Positions 7,505 to 15,438 of a stretch of DNA of 32,000 nt are shown here, piece by piece (the first letter of the stretch is position 1; each line of letters starts with the position of its first letter). The position numbers were made by a program, and so were the translations under genes. The stretch is taken from contig JAUSEX010000057.1 in assembly GCA_030649895.1 (NCBI GenBank), positions 5,880 to 37,879 on the forward strand, written 5' to 3'. The DNA comes from Candidatus Omnitrophota bacterium. Its GTDB lineage: Bacteria; Omnitrophota; Gorgyraeia; Gorgyraeales; Gorgyraeaceae. The notes under the pieces are model-generated. The model worked only from the letters and a program-made list of their open reading frames with translations, searched no databases and was not told the DNA's origin.

Positions 7505-7902
7505 TGCTTATATTAAAAAAATATTTAGCGGATGAAATAATAGATCATTGTAAGAGAGAATTCCCAAACGAGGCCTGCGGGATACTCGCGGGCAAAGAGG
7601 GAAAGGCTGAAAAGGTTTATGAAATGAAGAATGCCGATGCCAGCCCTTCTACATTTCTCATGGAGCCGAAAGAGCAGCTTTGTATCATGAAGGATATGCG
7701 GAATTCCGGCGTTCAGATGACAGGCATTTATCATTCGCATGTGGCGAGCCAGGCGTATCCTTCAGAACATGATGTGAAGATGGCTTTTTATCCGGAAGTT
7801 TCATACGTGATTATTTCGCTGAAGGATGATAAGAATCCTGTTATAAGGTCTTTCAAGATACAGGATGGAAAGATTAAAGAAGAAGACGTGAGGGTGGGAT
7901 GA
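7504..7902 (+). CDS. JAMM/MPN+ metalloprotease (Mec+/HcyD/CysO-hydrolase type)
   Basis: Start ATG 7504 overlaps the cysP stop (TAATG). EACG glutamate plus HSHVASQAYPSEHD (the HxHx7Sx2D JAMM zinc motif). 132 aa single-domain protein. Confidence 0.88.
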   Translation: MLILKKYLADEIIDHCKREFPNEACGILAGKEGKAEKVYEMKNADASPSTFLMEPKEQLCIMKDMRNSGVQMTGIYHSHVASQAYPSEHDVKMAFYPEVSYVIISLKDDKNPVIRSFKIQDGKIKEEDVRVG

Positions 7903-8930
7903 ACCTGATCGTAGTAGGCGCTAATCATAAATACAGCCCTGTAGAGTTCAGGGAAAGTATGTATTTTTCCAGAAAAAGCTCAGGCGACAGCCTTGATCTC
8001 TTAAAGGAAAGGAGCGTTATTGATGGCGCTGTGATTTTATCTACCTGCAACAGGGTTGAGATATACGTCAGTTCGGAGGATCTGGAAAACGCTGTAGGCG
8101 AGATAAAAGATCTGATTTCCAGATGTCATGGAATAGATATCAGCAGATTTCCTTCATACCTTTATATATATAAGGGCGTTGATGCAGCCAGGCATTTATT
8201 TTCAGTTGCATGCGGCATGGATTCTATGATACCTGGAGAAACGCAGATACTCGAGCAGGTAAAAAACTCTATCGCGGAATCCTGCGGCAAAGGTTTTTTA
8301 GGCTGTTTTTTAAAGGAAATATTTTATTCAGCTGTATCATTCGCGGATAAAATGCATGCCGAAAGCAAGATTTTTAAAGATAGCACATCCATAGGGGCTA
8401 TCGCGGTGGAATTTATAAAAGAGAAGGCCGGAGGCCTGGCAGGTAAAAATATCCTGATAATAGGCGCTGGCAAGGTTATAGAGCTTGTCACTAAACATTT
8501 AGAAAAAGAAACAGCCAGCGTGACATTCATAGCAACGAGGACATTTGAGAAAGCGGATCATCTGTCCAGACAGATCAGGGCGAAGGCAGCCAGATTTGAT
8601 GAGCTGGAAAAATTCCTGGAAGGAGTGGACATTATCATAACTGCCACAAGGAGCCCCTGTTTTATTATTAAACCAGAGATGTTGGGATGCGTAACAGGCC
8701 ATAAAATTTTTATAGTTGACCTTGCTATGCCAAGGGATGTTGACCCTGAGACAAAGAATGTAAATGGGGTGGAATTATTTTATCTGGAGGATTTAAAGAG
8801 CGCGGTTGAGAAAGAATCAGCCGGAAATATCAAGGCAATAGAAGAATTTAAAGAGATCGTAGATATAGAGGCAAAAAAATCATGGAAACGCCTTACAGAA
8901 TTGGAACCAGAACCAGCCTCCTCGCTTTAA
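7899..8930 (+). CDS. hemA: Glutamyl-tRNA reductase (short form, 343 aa)
   Basis: MNLIVVGANHKYSPVEFRE and the active-site STCNRVEIY, plus Rossmann ILIIGAGKV. ATGA overlap with the JAMM gene stop. Confidence 0.9.
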   Translation: MNLIVVGANHKYSPVEFRESMYFSRKSSGDSLDLLKERSVIDGAVILSTCNRVEIYVSSEDLENAVGEIKDLISRCHGIDISRFPSYLYIYKGVDAARHLFSVACGMDSMIPGETQILEQVKNSIAESCGKGFLGCFLKEIFYSAVSFADKMHAESKIFKDSTSIGAIAVEFIKEKAGGLAGKNILIIGAGKVIELVTKHLEKETASVTFIATRTFEKADHLSRQIRAKAARFDELEKFLEGVDIIITATRSPCFIIKPEMLGCVTGHKIFIVDLAMPRDVDPETKNVNGVELFYLEDLKSAVEKESAGNIKAIEEFKEIVDIEAKKSWKRLTELEPEPASSL

Positions 8931-9577
8931 AGCAGGTCGAAGAGGTATTGGGTCTGCTGGGTACTTTTTATCCTGACATGAAAGTGAAGGTTATAGGCAT
9001 AGATACTTATGGCGACAAGGACAATATTACGCCTATCTCAAAGATAGAAGGAACTGATTTTTTTACCAGAGAGATAGATGAGGCGCTCTTAAAAGAAGAG
9101 ATTGATTTTGCCGTTCATAGCGCAAAGGATATACCTGACATATTAAGCCCTGGATTGTCGATTGCCGCCTTTACGTGGTGTTTAGATCCGGATGACGCGC
9201 TGATTTCCAGAGACGGGAAAAAACTGGAAGAGCTTCCGGATGGCGCGAGGATAGGTACATCAAGCAGACGCAGAAAGGATGGATTGAAAAGGCTGAGGCC
9301 GGGTTTACATATCGTAGATATACGCGGAAATATCGAGCAAAGATTAAAGATGCTGGAAGAAAATAATCTGGACGGTATTGTGATAGCAGCCTGCGCTTTA
9401 ATGCGGCTTGGGTTGGAAAGCAGGATAACGCAAAGGATTGCGGCCAGGGATATTAAGCCTCATCCGATGCAGGGCAGGCTGGCAATAGTGACGCGGCAGG
9501 ATGAAAAAGATTTGGCGGGGTTATTTAGCGCTCTTGATGACAGCAGGAGATTATGCGGGGGAGTTGCTGAAAAATGA
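8882..9577 (+). CDS. hemC: Hydroxymethylbilane synthase (porphobilinogen deaminase), domains 1-2 only (231 aa)
   Basis: YRIGTRTSLLALKQ, DFAVHSAKDIP, IGTSSRRR, DIRGNIEQRL and GIVIAACALMRLGL match HemC. The ORF ends at ..LDDSRRLCGGVAEK, before the region that in E. coli HemC holds the cofactor Cys242 and domain 3. It overlaps hemA by 49 nt. Confidence 0.8.
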   Translation: METPYRIGTRTSLLALKQVEEVLGLLGTFYPDMKVKVIGIDTYGDKDNITPISKIEGTDFFTREIDEALLKEEIDFAVHSAKDIPDILSPGLSIAAFTWCLDPDDALISRDGKKLEELPDGARIGTSSRRRKDGLKRLRPGLHIVDIRGNIEQRLKMLEENNLDGIVIAACALMRLGLESRITQRIAARDIKPHPMQGRLAIVTRQDEKDLAGLFSALDDSRRLCGGVAEK

Positions 9578-11025
9578 AAAATTGTAAGGTTTATTTAATA
9601 GGGGCCGGCCCATGCGGCGCAGATCTGATTACAGTGCGCGGCCTTAAGATATTACGCCAGGCAGATGTGATTATTCATGATTATCTCGTGGACAAGGCGC
9701 TTTTAGAAGAGGCAAAGCCCGGTTCAGAGCTTATCTCGTGCGAAGGTTCCGGCAAAAAAAGTTATTCCGGAAAATCCGGACAGGCGCAGAAAAAGATAAA
9801 TGATTTAATAGTAAAAAAGGCTAACCAGGGCAAGCGGGTAGTGAGGCTCAAAAACGGCGATCCCTGCATTTTCAGCAGGATATCCGAGGAGATAAGTTCT
9901 TTGGTAAAAAATAAAATAGAATATGAAATTGTGCCGGGCGTGACCGCAGCTGATACAGCGGCTTCTTTCACAGGCGTTCCTCTTACAGACAGGCGTTTTT
10001 CTTCAAGCGTTGTTTTTGTGACAGGACACGAAGAGGCAAATAAGGGAGCTGATTCAATCAACTGGAAGCATATAGTGAATATAGGCACGATAGTCCTTTA
10101 TATGTCAGTCAGGCGCATAGCGGATATCGCGGGTAAACTTATGGCTCTTGGGAAATCCTGGGATACGCCGGTTATCGCTATTTCCAAAGCAGGTTCCATA
10201 GATCAAAAAATCTCAAGTTCGCGCTTGAAGGATATCTCTTTAGCGGTAAAGAAAGATGGTATTGTTTCGCCCGCTATATTTATAATAGGGGCTACAGCCG
10301 GTCTTGAAAAACAGTTTAACTGGTTTAGAAAAAATAAACGCATTTTATTCACAGGTCTGTCTGGCGAAAGATTTTTTATAAAAGGGACGTATTCTCACCT
10401 GTCTCTGATCAAGATAGAGCCTCTAGAAGACTATAACGAGTTCGACAATTATATAAGAACCATTTCCGACTCCGTGAGTCGCCGTGCGGGTACGGCGACT
10501 CACGGAGTCGGAAAGGCGTTCGATTGGATTGTTTTTTCAAGCCGGTTTGGCGTAGAGTATTTTTTTAAAAGGCTTAAAGGGCTCGGGCTAGACGCCAGGG
10601 CTCTTGTTGGCGTTAAAATAGCGGCCATTGGGAATTGTACGAAAGAAAGGCTTATGGATTTTACTATATCAGCTGACCTTGTGCCTGAGGAGGAATCTTC
10701 AAAAGGCCTGATTGATGAATTCAGGAAATTGGATATTAAAGGCAGGAAAATATTTTTGCCTCGTTCAGATATCTCTGATAAGGGCCTGGAAAGGGAGTTT
10801 GAAAAGCTTGGCGCCAAGGTAACCTCAAGCTTTGCATATAGAAACGTTATGGCTAAAGGCCTGCCTGATCTGGATATAAATTTGTTTGATGAAATAATGT
10901 TTACAAGCCCGTCAGGCGTAAGAAATTTTATAAAAAGATACGGCAAGCCGCTTAAAAGAGTTAGAATAACTTGCATAGGCGATGTTACAAAAAAAGAGGC
11001 GGAGAGATGCGGTTTGTTAGGTTAA
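9574..11025 (+). CDS. cobA/hemD: Bifunctional uroporphyrinogen-III C-methyltransferase / uroporphyrinogen-III synthase
   Basis: N-terminal VYLIGAGPCGADLITVRGLKILRQADVIIHDYLV, RLKNGDPCIF and VPGVTAA indicate SUMT. C-terminal ILFTG.., FDWIVFSS.. and IMFTSPSGVRNF indicate HemD. ATGA overlap with hemC. Confidence 0.9.
   Translation: MKNCKVYLIGAGPCGADLITVRGLKILRQADVIIHDYLVDKALLEEAKPGSELISCEGSGKKSYSGKSGQAQKKINDLIVKKANQGKRVVRLKNGDPCIFSRISEEISSLVKNKIEYEIVPGVTAADTAASFTGVPLTDRRFSSSVVFVTGHEEANKGADSINWKHIVNIGTIVLYMSVRRIADIAGKLMALGKSWDTPVIAISKAGSIDQKISSSRLKDISLAVKKDGIVSPAIFIIGATAGLEKQFNWFRKNKRILFTGLSGERFFIKGTYSHLSLIKIEPLEDYNEFDNYIRTISDSVSRRAGTATHGVGKAFDWIVFSSRFGVEYFFKRLKGLGLDARALVGVKIAAIGNCTKERLMDFTISADLVPEEESSKGLIDEFRKLDIKGRKIFLPRSDISDKGLEREFEKLGAKVTSSFAYRNVMAKGLPDLDINLFDEIMFTSPSGVRNFIKRYGKPLKRVRITCIGDVTKKEAERCGLLG
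10463..10514. repeat. Perfect 23-bp inverted repeat (6-nt spacer) lying in frame inside the HemD domain
   Basis: TTTCCGACTCCGTGAGTCGCCGT (10463-10485), gcgggt, ACGGCGACTCACGGAGTCGGAAA (10492-10514): exact reverse complements. Each arm is itself a small palindrome (CGACTC-nnn-GAGTCG). The repeat is GC-rich relative to its surroundings and encodes ..SDSVSRRAGTATHGVGK.. Confidence 0.9.
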
Positions 11026-11975
11026 GAAAAAACAGGATTAATCAGCGGATAAGGGATTTATCCAGCGAGACAAGGATCTCAGCAGGGGATCTGGTTATGC
11101 CTTATTTTGTTATAGAAGGAAAACATAAAGTTAAGCCGATAAAATCAATGCCGGGTATATCCAGGCTGTCCATAGATAATCTGGTCAGAGATATAAAAGA
11201 GGCCGGAAGATCAGGCGTAAGATCAGTCCTCCTTTTCGGGGTATGCGATAAGAAAGATAAGTTTGGCCTGGAGGCCTATTCAGAAACAGGCATTGTCCAG
11301 AGGGCTGTAGCGGCGGTCAAAAAAAATATAAAGGATATAACCGTGATTACCGATGTATGCTTATGCGGCTATACCTCTCACGGGCATTGCGGGATTTTAA
11401 AGGCTCAAGGAGATATTATCGATAATGATAAAACATTAGAGATTCTGGCGAAGATTGCTTTTTCTCATGCAGAAGCAGGCGCTGATTTTGTTGCTCCGTC
11501 TGCAATGATGGATGGCCAGGTAAAGGCGATACGAGAAGTCCTGGATAGAAATAATTTTAAGGCTGTGAAGATATTTGCATACTCGGCAAAGTACGCCTCA
11601 AATTTTTATTGGCCTTTCAGAGACGCGATGGGTTCAAGCCCGAGGTTCGGCGACAGGAAGGATCATCAGATGGATTTCAGGAATTCCGATGAGGCCTTGA
11701 AAGAGATCAGCGAAGATATCAAAGAAGGCGCCAGCGTAGTTATGGTAAAACCCGCCCTGGCGTATCTGGATATTATATCCAGGGCAAGGCAGGCCTTTAA
11801 CGTGCCTATCGCGGCTTATAATGTAAGCGGTGAATATGCGTTGTTAAAAAATTATAGCCAAAACCGGGAATCGGAGAAAAAACTGGTATTAGAAATACTT
11901 ACGGGCATAAAAAGAGCGGGTTCAGATATTATTATTACGTATCACGCAAAAGAGGCGGCAAGATGGTTAAAATAG
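11007..11975 (+). CDS. hemB: Porphobilinogen synthase (ALA dehydratase), zinc type
   Basis: Start ATG 11007 (MRFVRLRKN..) follows GGAGAG. Cys-rich zinc site DVCLCGYTSHGHCG and Schiff-base lysine context VMVKPA. Confidence 0.92.
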   Translation: MRFVRLRKNRINQRIRDLSSETRISAGDLVMPYFVIEGKHKVKPIKSMPGISRLSIDNLVRDIKEAGRSGVRSVLLFGVCDKKDKFGLEAYSETGIVQRAVAAVKKNIKDITVITDVCLCGYTSHGHCGILKAQGDIIDNDKTLEILAKIAFSHAEAGADFVAPSAMMDGQVKAIREVLDRNNFKAVKIFAYSAKYASNFYWPFRDAMGSSPRFGDRKDHQMDFRNSDEALKEISEDIKEGASVVMVKPALAYLDIISRARQAFNVPIAAYNVSGEYALLKNYSQNRESEKKLVLEILTGIKRAGSDIIITYHAKEAARWLK

Positions 11976-13174
11976 CGGATAAGGAATTATTTAATGAAGC
12001 TAAAAGGTATATCCCGGGCGGCGTCAATAGCCCTGTCCGCTCTTTTAAAACAGTCGGAGGGAGCCCCGTATTTATTAAAAAAGCAAAAGGCTCAAAGATA
12101 TACAGCGAAGATGGCAGGGTATTTATTGATTACTGCCTCTCGTGGGGGGCTTTGATCTTTGGCCATGGCTATCCTGATGTGGTTCGCGGGATAAAAAAAG
12201 CGGCGTCTAACGGCGTAAGTTTTGGCGCAGCTACAAAGTTAGAATCCGAATTCGCAAAACTTATCACAGCCGCTATGCCTTCTATAGAACAGCTCAGATT
12301 AACGAATTCCGGCACAGAGGCGGTAATGGCTGCGATAAGGCTTGCAAGGGCTTATGCTAAAAGAGACAAGATCGTTAGATTTCAGAACTCTTATCATGGC
12401 CATGCAGATTATCTTTTAAATTGCGAAGGGGTGCCGGAAGATTTTAAAAGGCACACCCTTACTGCGCCATATAACGATATAAAGAAAACAAAGGACCTGC
12501 TAATAAGACATGGAAAGGATATCGCGGCAATAATCGTAGAGCCTGTTACGGGGAATGCAGGCGTTATCCCGCCTGAAAAAGGCTTTTTGCAAAGTTTAAA
12601 AAAACTATCCGACAGGTTTGGCATTGTCTTGATCTTTGACGAGGTTATTACCGGGTTCAGGCTTTCCTACAGCGGCGCTCAAGGGCATTTTAATGTAAAA
12701 CCTGATCTGACATGCCTTGGGAAGATCATAGGGGGAGGATTGCCTGTAGGGGCGTTCGGCGGCAGAAAAGAAATAATGAAATTACTTGCGCCAATAGGGC
12801 CGGTATATCAGGCAGGCACCTTTTCAGGTAATCCAATTACAGTTACAGCAGGCATAGTTACTTTAAATGAGTTAAAAAGGCTTAGCCCGTATGAAGAGCT
12901 AAGCAGAAGAACAGAGCGGTTATCGAGCGCCATAAGATTAAAGGCAGAAGATTATGGCGTAAGGCTTAAGGTCAATAATGTCGGCTCAATGTTCAGCGTG
13001 TCTTTCAGCGATTCCGGTTTATTCAAAAGATTTTTTCATTGTCTTTTAAGCCTGGGGATTTATTTTTCTCCTTCGGAATCCGAAACAGATTTTTTATCAG
13101 CAGCGCACAGCGATGATGATATAAATAGTACATTAATTGCGGTTGACGAAGTTTTTAAAAATTTAAGGGGGTAA
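11963..13174 (+). CDS. hemL: Glutamate-1-semialdehyde 2,1-aminomutase
   Basis: YIPGGVNSPVRSFKTVGG, FDEVITGFR, and PLP lysine in CLGKIIGGGLPVGAFGG. Confidence 0.93.
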   Translation: MVKIADKELFNEAKRYIPGGVNSPVRSFKTVGGSPVFIKKAKGSKIYSEDGRVFIDYCLSWGALIFGHGYPDVVRGIKKAASNGVSFGAATKLESEFAKLITAAMPSIEQLRLTNSGTEAVMAAIRLARAYAKRDKIVRFQNSYHGHADYLLNCEGVPEDFKRHTLTAPYNDIKKTKDLLIRHGKDIAAIIVEPVTGNAGVIPPEKGFLQSLKKLSDRFGIVLIFDEVITGFRLSYSGAQGHFNVKPDLTCLGKIIGGGLPVGAFGGRKEIMKLLAPIGPVYQAGTFSGNPITVTAGIVTLNELKRLSPYEELSRRTERLSSAIRLKAEDYGVRLKVNNVGSMFSVSFSDSGLFKRFFHCLLSLGIYFSPSESETDFLSAAHSDDDINSTLIAVDEVFKNLRG

Positions 13175-13178
13175 TGGA

Positions 13179-14315
13179 ATGCCAAGCATATATCTGAACG
13201 GGAAAAAAGAGGAGCTTGAACCCGGCGTGACTATAGCCAGGCTTTTAGAAGTTAAAAAAATAAAGCCTGAAGCGGTTACGGTGGAATTAAACGAGAAGAT
13301 TATCGATAAAAACGAATATCCAACGGTTACGCTGAATTCCGGGGACAGGCTGGAATTTGTTTACTATATGGGAGGCGGCTCTCCTTTTTCAGACAGGGTG
13401 GCGGAGAATACCCTTGAATTGATCGGAAAGACCCCCATGGTGAAGCTGAATAAGATAGTTGAGCCTGGCATGGCGACTATTCTCGCGAAGCTTGAATTTT
13501 ACAATCCGGCCGGCAGCGTGAAAGACAGGATCTGCTTTTCAATGATAGATGATGCGGAGAAAAGAGGTTTGATTAAAAAAGGTTCAACTGTGATAGAACC
13601 TACAAGCGGCAATACCGGTATAGGCCTTGCAATGATATGCGCCGTAAAGGGGTATAAGTGTATTCTTACCATGCCTGAAACCATGAGCCTCGAAAGGATA
13701 TATACGCTCAAGTCCTATGGCGCAGAGGTAGTGCTTACGCCTGGCCAGGAGGGGATGGCAGGAGCCATAAAAAAGGCGGAGGAATTTTTAAAAAAGATTC
13801 CCAATAGTTTCATGCCGCAGCAATTTAAAAATAAAGCTAACCCTGAGACCCACAGGAATACTACAGCGAAAGAAATATTGGAAGTTACAAATGGGGAGAT
13901 AGGCGCGTTTGTCTCAGGCGTAGGGACAGGCGGCACCATAACCGGGGTTGGAGAGATATTGAAGCAAAAAAATCCAAAGATCAGGATTGTCGCTGTTGAG
14001 CCAAAATCAAGCCCGGTGCTTTCCGGAGGGAAGCCAGGGCCTCACAAGATCCAGGGTATAGGCGCAGGATTCGTACCTGATGTTTTAAACAGGGATATTA
14101 TAGATGAGATAATTACCGTGGATGACCAAAGCGCGTTTAAAACCTCAAAGGCCCTTGCAATGCAGGAAGGTTTATTTGTGGGTATTTCAAGCGGGGCAGC
14201 TGTGTGGGCGGCATTAAAAGTTGCAAAGGAACTAGGAGAAGGTATGGTTATAGTTGTGATCCTGCCTGATTCCGGGGGCAGGTATTTTTCAATGCAGCAG
14301 TATTTTGAGGCGTAA
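13179..14315 (+). CDS. ThiS-like sulfur-carrier domain fused in frame to a CysK-type cysteine synthase (O-acetylserine sulfhydrylase)
   Basis: Residues 1-67, MPSIYLNGKKEELEPGVTIARLLE..VTVELNEKII..LNSGDRLEFVYYMGGG, have ThiS length and pattern and end in Gly-Gly-Gly. Residues from ~75 on form a complete CysK ([71 protein letters not shown]). There is no stop codon between the two parts. Confidence 0.85.
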   Translation: MPSIYLNGKKEELEPGVTIARLLEVKKIKPEAVTVELNEKIIDKNEYPTVTLNSGDRLEFVYYMGGGSPFSDRVAENTLELIGKTPMVKLNKIVEPGMATILAKLEFYNPAGSVKDRICFSMIDDAEKRGLIKKGSTVIEPTSGNTGIGLAMICAVKGYKCILTMPETMSLERIYTLKSYGAEVVLTPGQEGMAGAIKKAEEFLKKIPNSFMPQQFKNKANPETHRNTTAKEILEVTNGEIGAFVSGVGTGGTITGVGEILKQKNPKIRIVAVEPKSSPVLSGGKPGPHKIQGIGAGFVPDVLNRDIIDEIITVDDQSAFKTSKALAMQEGLFVGISSGAAVWAALKVAKELGEGMVIVVILPDSGGRYFSMQQYFEA

Positions 14316-14337
14316 ATTAGCCAGGATAGGAGAAAAG

Positions 14338-15195
14338 ATGAGCGAATATACTTTAGGCGAATTAAAAAGCGGCGGTTTGATGAAACAGAAGGAAAAGGAT
14401 CTATTTTCTCTGCGGCTCAGAATAGTTGGAGGGTTTGTTAACGCCTGCCAACTGGTTAAGCTTTCAGAGATAGCGGATAAGTACGGCAAAGGGCATATAC
14501 ATCTGACTACCAGGCAGGGCGTTGAGATTCCGAACATTAATATTAAAGACGTTGAAAATATAAAAAAAGAGCTTGGCGAAGCCGGGCTCCAGATGGGCGC
14601 CTGCGGCCAGAGGGTAAGGACTGTAACCGCATGCCAGGGTAAAGAATGTTCGCATGGCTTAATAGACTGTTTTTCATTGGCTGAAGAGATTGACAGGGAA
14701 TATTTCGGCATAGGCGGCCATCCGCATAAATTTAAGATAGGCATTACCGGCTGCCCTAACGGGTGCATTAAGCCTCAGGAAAACGATTTGGGCATAATGG
14801 GGAAGTTGAGGAAAAAATTTATAAAAGAAAACTGTAATTTTTGCGGGTTGTGCGCCAGCGTATGCCCTGTAGGCGCCATAGAAGTAAACAAAAAACCTGA
14901 TGATATAGTGTTTAATGAAGGTAAATGCATAGGCTGCGGGGATTGTGTCCACAGCTGTCCTACAAATGCATGGCAAAAAAGGCAGGAGGGGTACAGCGTA
15001 TTTGTCGGAGGCAAAATGGGCAAGTTTCCAAAGCTCGGCATAAAGGCGTTTGATTTTATCGAAACAAAGAAAAAGGTTTTGGAGATCATAAAAAATACCC
15101 TGGAGTTTTATAAAAAATTCGGGGAAAAAGGCGAGAGGTTCGGGGATACGCTGGACAGAGTAGGTGTCGAGAAATATAAAAAGGCGGTTATATGA
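14338..15195 (+). CDS. Small assimilatory-type siroheme sulfite (nitrite/sulfite) reductase with inserted 2x[4Fe-4S] ferredoxin domain
   Basis: ATG 14338 follows AGGAGAAAAG. The block LRLRIVGGFV..QLVKLSEIADKYGKGHIHLTTRQGVEIP (NiR/SiR ferredoxin-like half domain) is followed by TACQGKECSHG and ITGCPNGC (siroheme-[4Fe-4S] cysteines). Two ferredoxin motifs are present: CNFCGLCASVCP and CIGCGDCVHSCP. Confidence 0.82.
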   Translation: MSEYTLGELKSGGLMKQKEKDLFSLRLRIVGGFVNACQLVKLSEIADKYGKGHIHLTTRQGVEIPNINIKDVENIKKELGEAGLQMGACGQRVRTVTACQGKECSHGLIDCFSLAEEIDREYFGIGGHPHKFKIGITGCPNGCIKPQENDLGIMGKLRKKFIKENCNFCGLCASVCPVGAIEVNKKPDDIVFNEGKCIGCGDCVHSCPTNAWQKRQEGYSVFVGGKMGKFPKLGIKAFDFIETKKKVLEIIKNTLEFYKKFGEKGERFGDTLDRVGVEKYKKAVI

Positions 15196-15428
15196 ATGAA
15201 ATAAAGCCCGATAGCGTATTAGACCTTAAGGGAGTAGCCTGCCCTAGTAATTTTGTAAGGGCAAAACTCAGGCTTGAAGATATGCAGAAAGACGAGATCT
15301 TGGAGATTATTATCGACGACGGCGAACCAATTAAGAATGTGCCGCGCTCTATAAAAGAAGAAGGCCATCAGATTTTAAAAGCGGAAAAAGTAGATAATTA
15401 CTGGAAATTGGTAATTAAAAAACAATGA
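15192..15428 (+). CDS. tusA: TusA/SirA-family sulfurtransferase
   Basis: 78 aa. VLDLKGVACPSNFVRAKLRLEDM carries the conserved TusA active-site Cys. ATGA overlap with the sulfite reductase stop. Confidence 0.8.
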   Translation: MNEIKPDSVLDLKGVACPSNFVRAKLRLEDMQKDEILEIIIDDGEPIKNVPRSIKEEGHQILKAEKVDNYWKLVIKKQ

Positions 15429-15438
15429 GGTGATTTTA

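Noticed and set aside
13368-14315. Internal initiation at Met64 (ATG 13368) giving a separate CysK and making the ThiS fusion an artefact.
   Set aside because: There is no stop codon after the ThiS GGG and no SD before ATG 13368, so the continuous frame is the simplest reading. Internal initiation cannot be excluded experimentally, and it is listed as a check under the fusion finding.
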